From Vicugna vicugna (taxonomy: Eukaryota): DNA of 64,000 bases. Below are positions 62,151 to 64,000 of the stretch, one piece after another (the first letter of the stretch is position 1; each line of letters begins with the position of its first letter). The notes beneath the pieces are model-generated. The model was given only the letters and a program-made list of their open reading frames with translations, was not told the DNA's origin and ran no database searches. Location of the stretch: NCBI GenBank assembly GCA_013265495.1, contig MU058009.1:2931780-2995779 (forward strand), read 5' to 3'. A program made the position numbers and the translations under genes.

Positions 62151-64000
62151 ATTTTTTTTGTTAGTCTGCAGCTTTTGTCACATCCTGGCCGAGAGGCACT
62201 GACATTTCTGATGGATGTTGAAGAGTTGGGGGAAGTGGGAGGAGATTAAGAAACGGAGCTGTAAAAGTAACTGCCCCCACAGAGGACCCTGTGGGAGGTG
62301 ACTGCGTGTGTGGTGGATGCCTGGGTGCCCCTTTATCCGCGAGCCTGGGTTTTCTCCTCTGCGCCGGGAGGCCTCCACCACCTCCCTTACTTGGAGGCGG
62401 TGAGGACTGAGAGAAGTTGAACGGTGCGCTGTGCCCTGGGAAGTGTCGGGCGCCACATAAACGTGAGGAGTTGCGATCACCGCACGGAGCGGGTCCCACT
62501 GGAGAGAACAAGGCAAACTGTGCCCTACCAGGCGGCCCTGTCTTCCCTGAAGATGTCTCCGTGCAAGGCGTGCTTCTCCTGCTGTCGGTCAGGGACCTGC
62601 CCGCTTTGGCTTCTCCTGCCCCTTTAACAGAAACGCTGCCGTCTGAGTCTTTATTTCTTCTCATCCTTTCCCACTGGGGCAGGAAAGCACTTTGAGCTCA
62701 TCCTGCCTAACGTGGGCAGCAGCGTCTCCAGGCCTTAGAATGAGCAGACCTGTCTCTCTAGGCCTGGAGCAGAGAGGCCAGGAGGCTGCGCTGGGAGCAG
62801 AGGCCAGGGACTGGGGTCAGGACGATGCCGTCTTTCATGACGCCGGCAGAGCTGCAGGTCCAGAGGGAAGGGCACTGTTCCTGGGTTTTGGTGTCACCAT
62901 GTTAACTGAAAGTTTGAAGAGGCCTCAGATAACAGAGTCCAGCTTCCCTCTTGGACTTAAGAGGGAGGGTCTCGCCTGAAGGCACCCGCTAGTTTAAACC
63001 AGCACGGGGAGCAGGACTCAGTCTCTGGACTGGTTCTAGCCTCCTGCTCGGGTACCCACGGATTGTTCTCTTCTTCTTTCATTGGCTCCCCAACCCTCCC
63101 CTCACCCTTGTCCTTTGGCTCCCTTTTCTGGAACCCATTTGCTTTAGCTCTCAGAATGGAAAAGTTTTCTGAATTTCTCGGGCAGGCAGGCTGCTTGGTA
63201 GGTCTGGGTGACCTCAGAGCAGCTGGGGCATGTTCTCAGGACATCAGCTCACAGAGGCATCCAGGGCACCTGCTCACTGCATCAGCCTCTTCCCAGAAAC
63301 CCTAGACGCGACAGCCAGAGAGCCGCCCACAAGGCCCAGGGCCGAGGGGTCAGAGGTATCCCTGGTGACCTGGGTTCTGTGGGGGCAGGTGCCCATCACC
63401 CTCCTCCCCCTCCCTCGCTGACGCGGAAGTGTGTGCTGGACACCCACAACACAAGTGCGGGCCAGGATCTCCCTCCCTGCATCCACCCTGTCCCACCCCT
63501 GCTGTCATGCCTCCTTAGGGGCGTTCTGTCTACTTGGCAGCCACTTCCAGAATCACCCAGATAGCACTGGCCCGAGTTCAAGTGCCCAGTTCAGCCCAGT
63601 ACCGCGTTGGCCTGTTGGAGGAACTCACCATGAGTAGATGTCACCCTCTGGCAATAGCTGACGCTGTTTATTCAGATGAGAACAATTTTCTCTCCCTTGC
63701 ACTTTCAACAAATTCGACCTCAAGGCTCCCCTGCCCCATACCGCTCTGCTGCCAAAAACAAGAAAAGGCAGGAGGAGGAGGTGCAGGGTGGGGGACCATC
63801 TGTGCTAAGTGAGCTGTCAGCCGGGCCTGGGGGCTCCGGGGTCTGGGGTGTCTCATGGCCCAAATGGGGCAGTCTGCCGCTAATGGGAAAGGGAGCTGTT
63901 TTATTTCCTAATCACTCTGAGAGATAACTGCTCAGGGCCTGTGGGAGAGGCCTCCGGAGGAGCGGCTCACCAGCCGCCTGGTGCTGTTCCTCCTCCGGGC

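Noticed and set aside
1..64000. Six-frame ORFs as genes
   Set aside because: No recognisable domains, many TTG/GTG starts, heavy overlap on both strands and frequent repeat overlap, as expected by chance in GC-rich mammalian DNA
1..64000. CRISPR array, operon or prokaryotic defence system
   Set aside because: The sequence is mammalian; no repeat-spacer array or gene-dense organisation is present

Overview
This is GC-rich mammalian genomic DNA, not prokaryotic. Two tRNA-derived SINEs of the camelid Vic-1 type and several artiodactyl/camelid-type L1 3' ends point to a camelid (alpaca, vicuna, llama or camel). I cannot support any protein-coding exon, structural RNA gene or CRISPR array. The supplied ORFs look like chance frames in GC-rich or repeat-derived DNA, many starting at TTG/GTG. 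The window is a mosaic of interspersed repeats (MIR, L2, old and young L1, MLT1 and LTR16 LTRs, an ERV1-type solo LTR, MER2/MER58/Charlie DNA transposons), microsatellites and repeat-free blocks that may be regulatory. Repeat families were assigned from memory of consensus sequences and need RepeatMasker/Dfam confirmation. Indirect evidence suggests most of the window is a large intron of a plus-strand gene: a promoter/first-exon-like region at ~3.1-3.9 kb, G-rich plus-strand sequence after it, and antisense-biased young L1s. A second promoter-like element with a possible short coding first exon lies at ~59.7-59.9 kb. I could not identify the host gene and found no convincing novel biological system. 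The best leads are these two promoter-like regions, a few micro/poison-exon candidates, an unclassified 400-bp solo LTR in an LTR pile-up, and a CTCF motif inside a quasi-palindrome.
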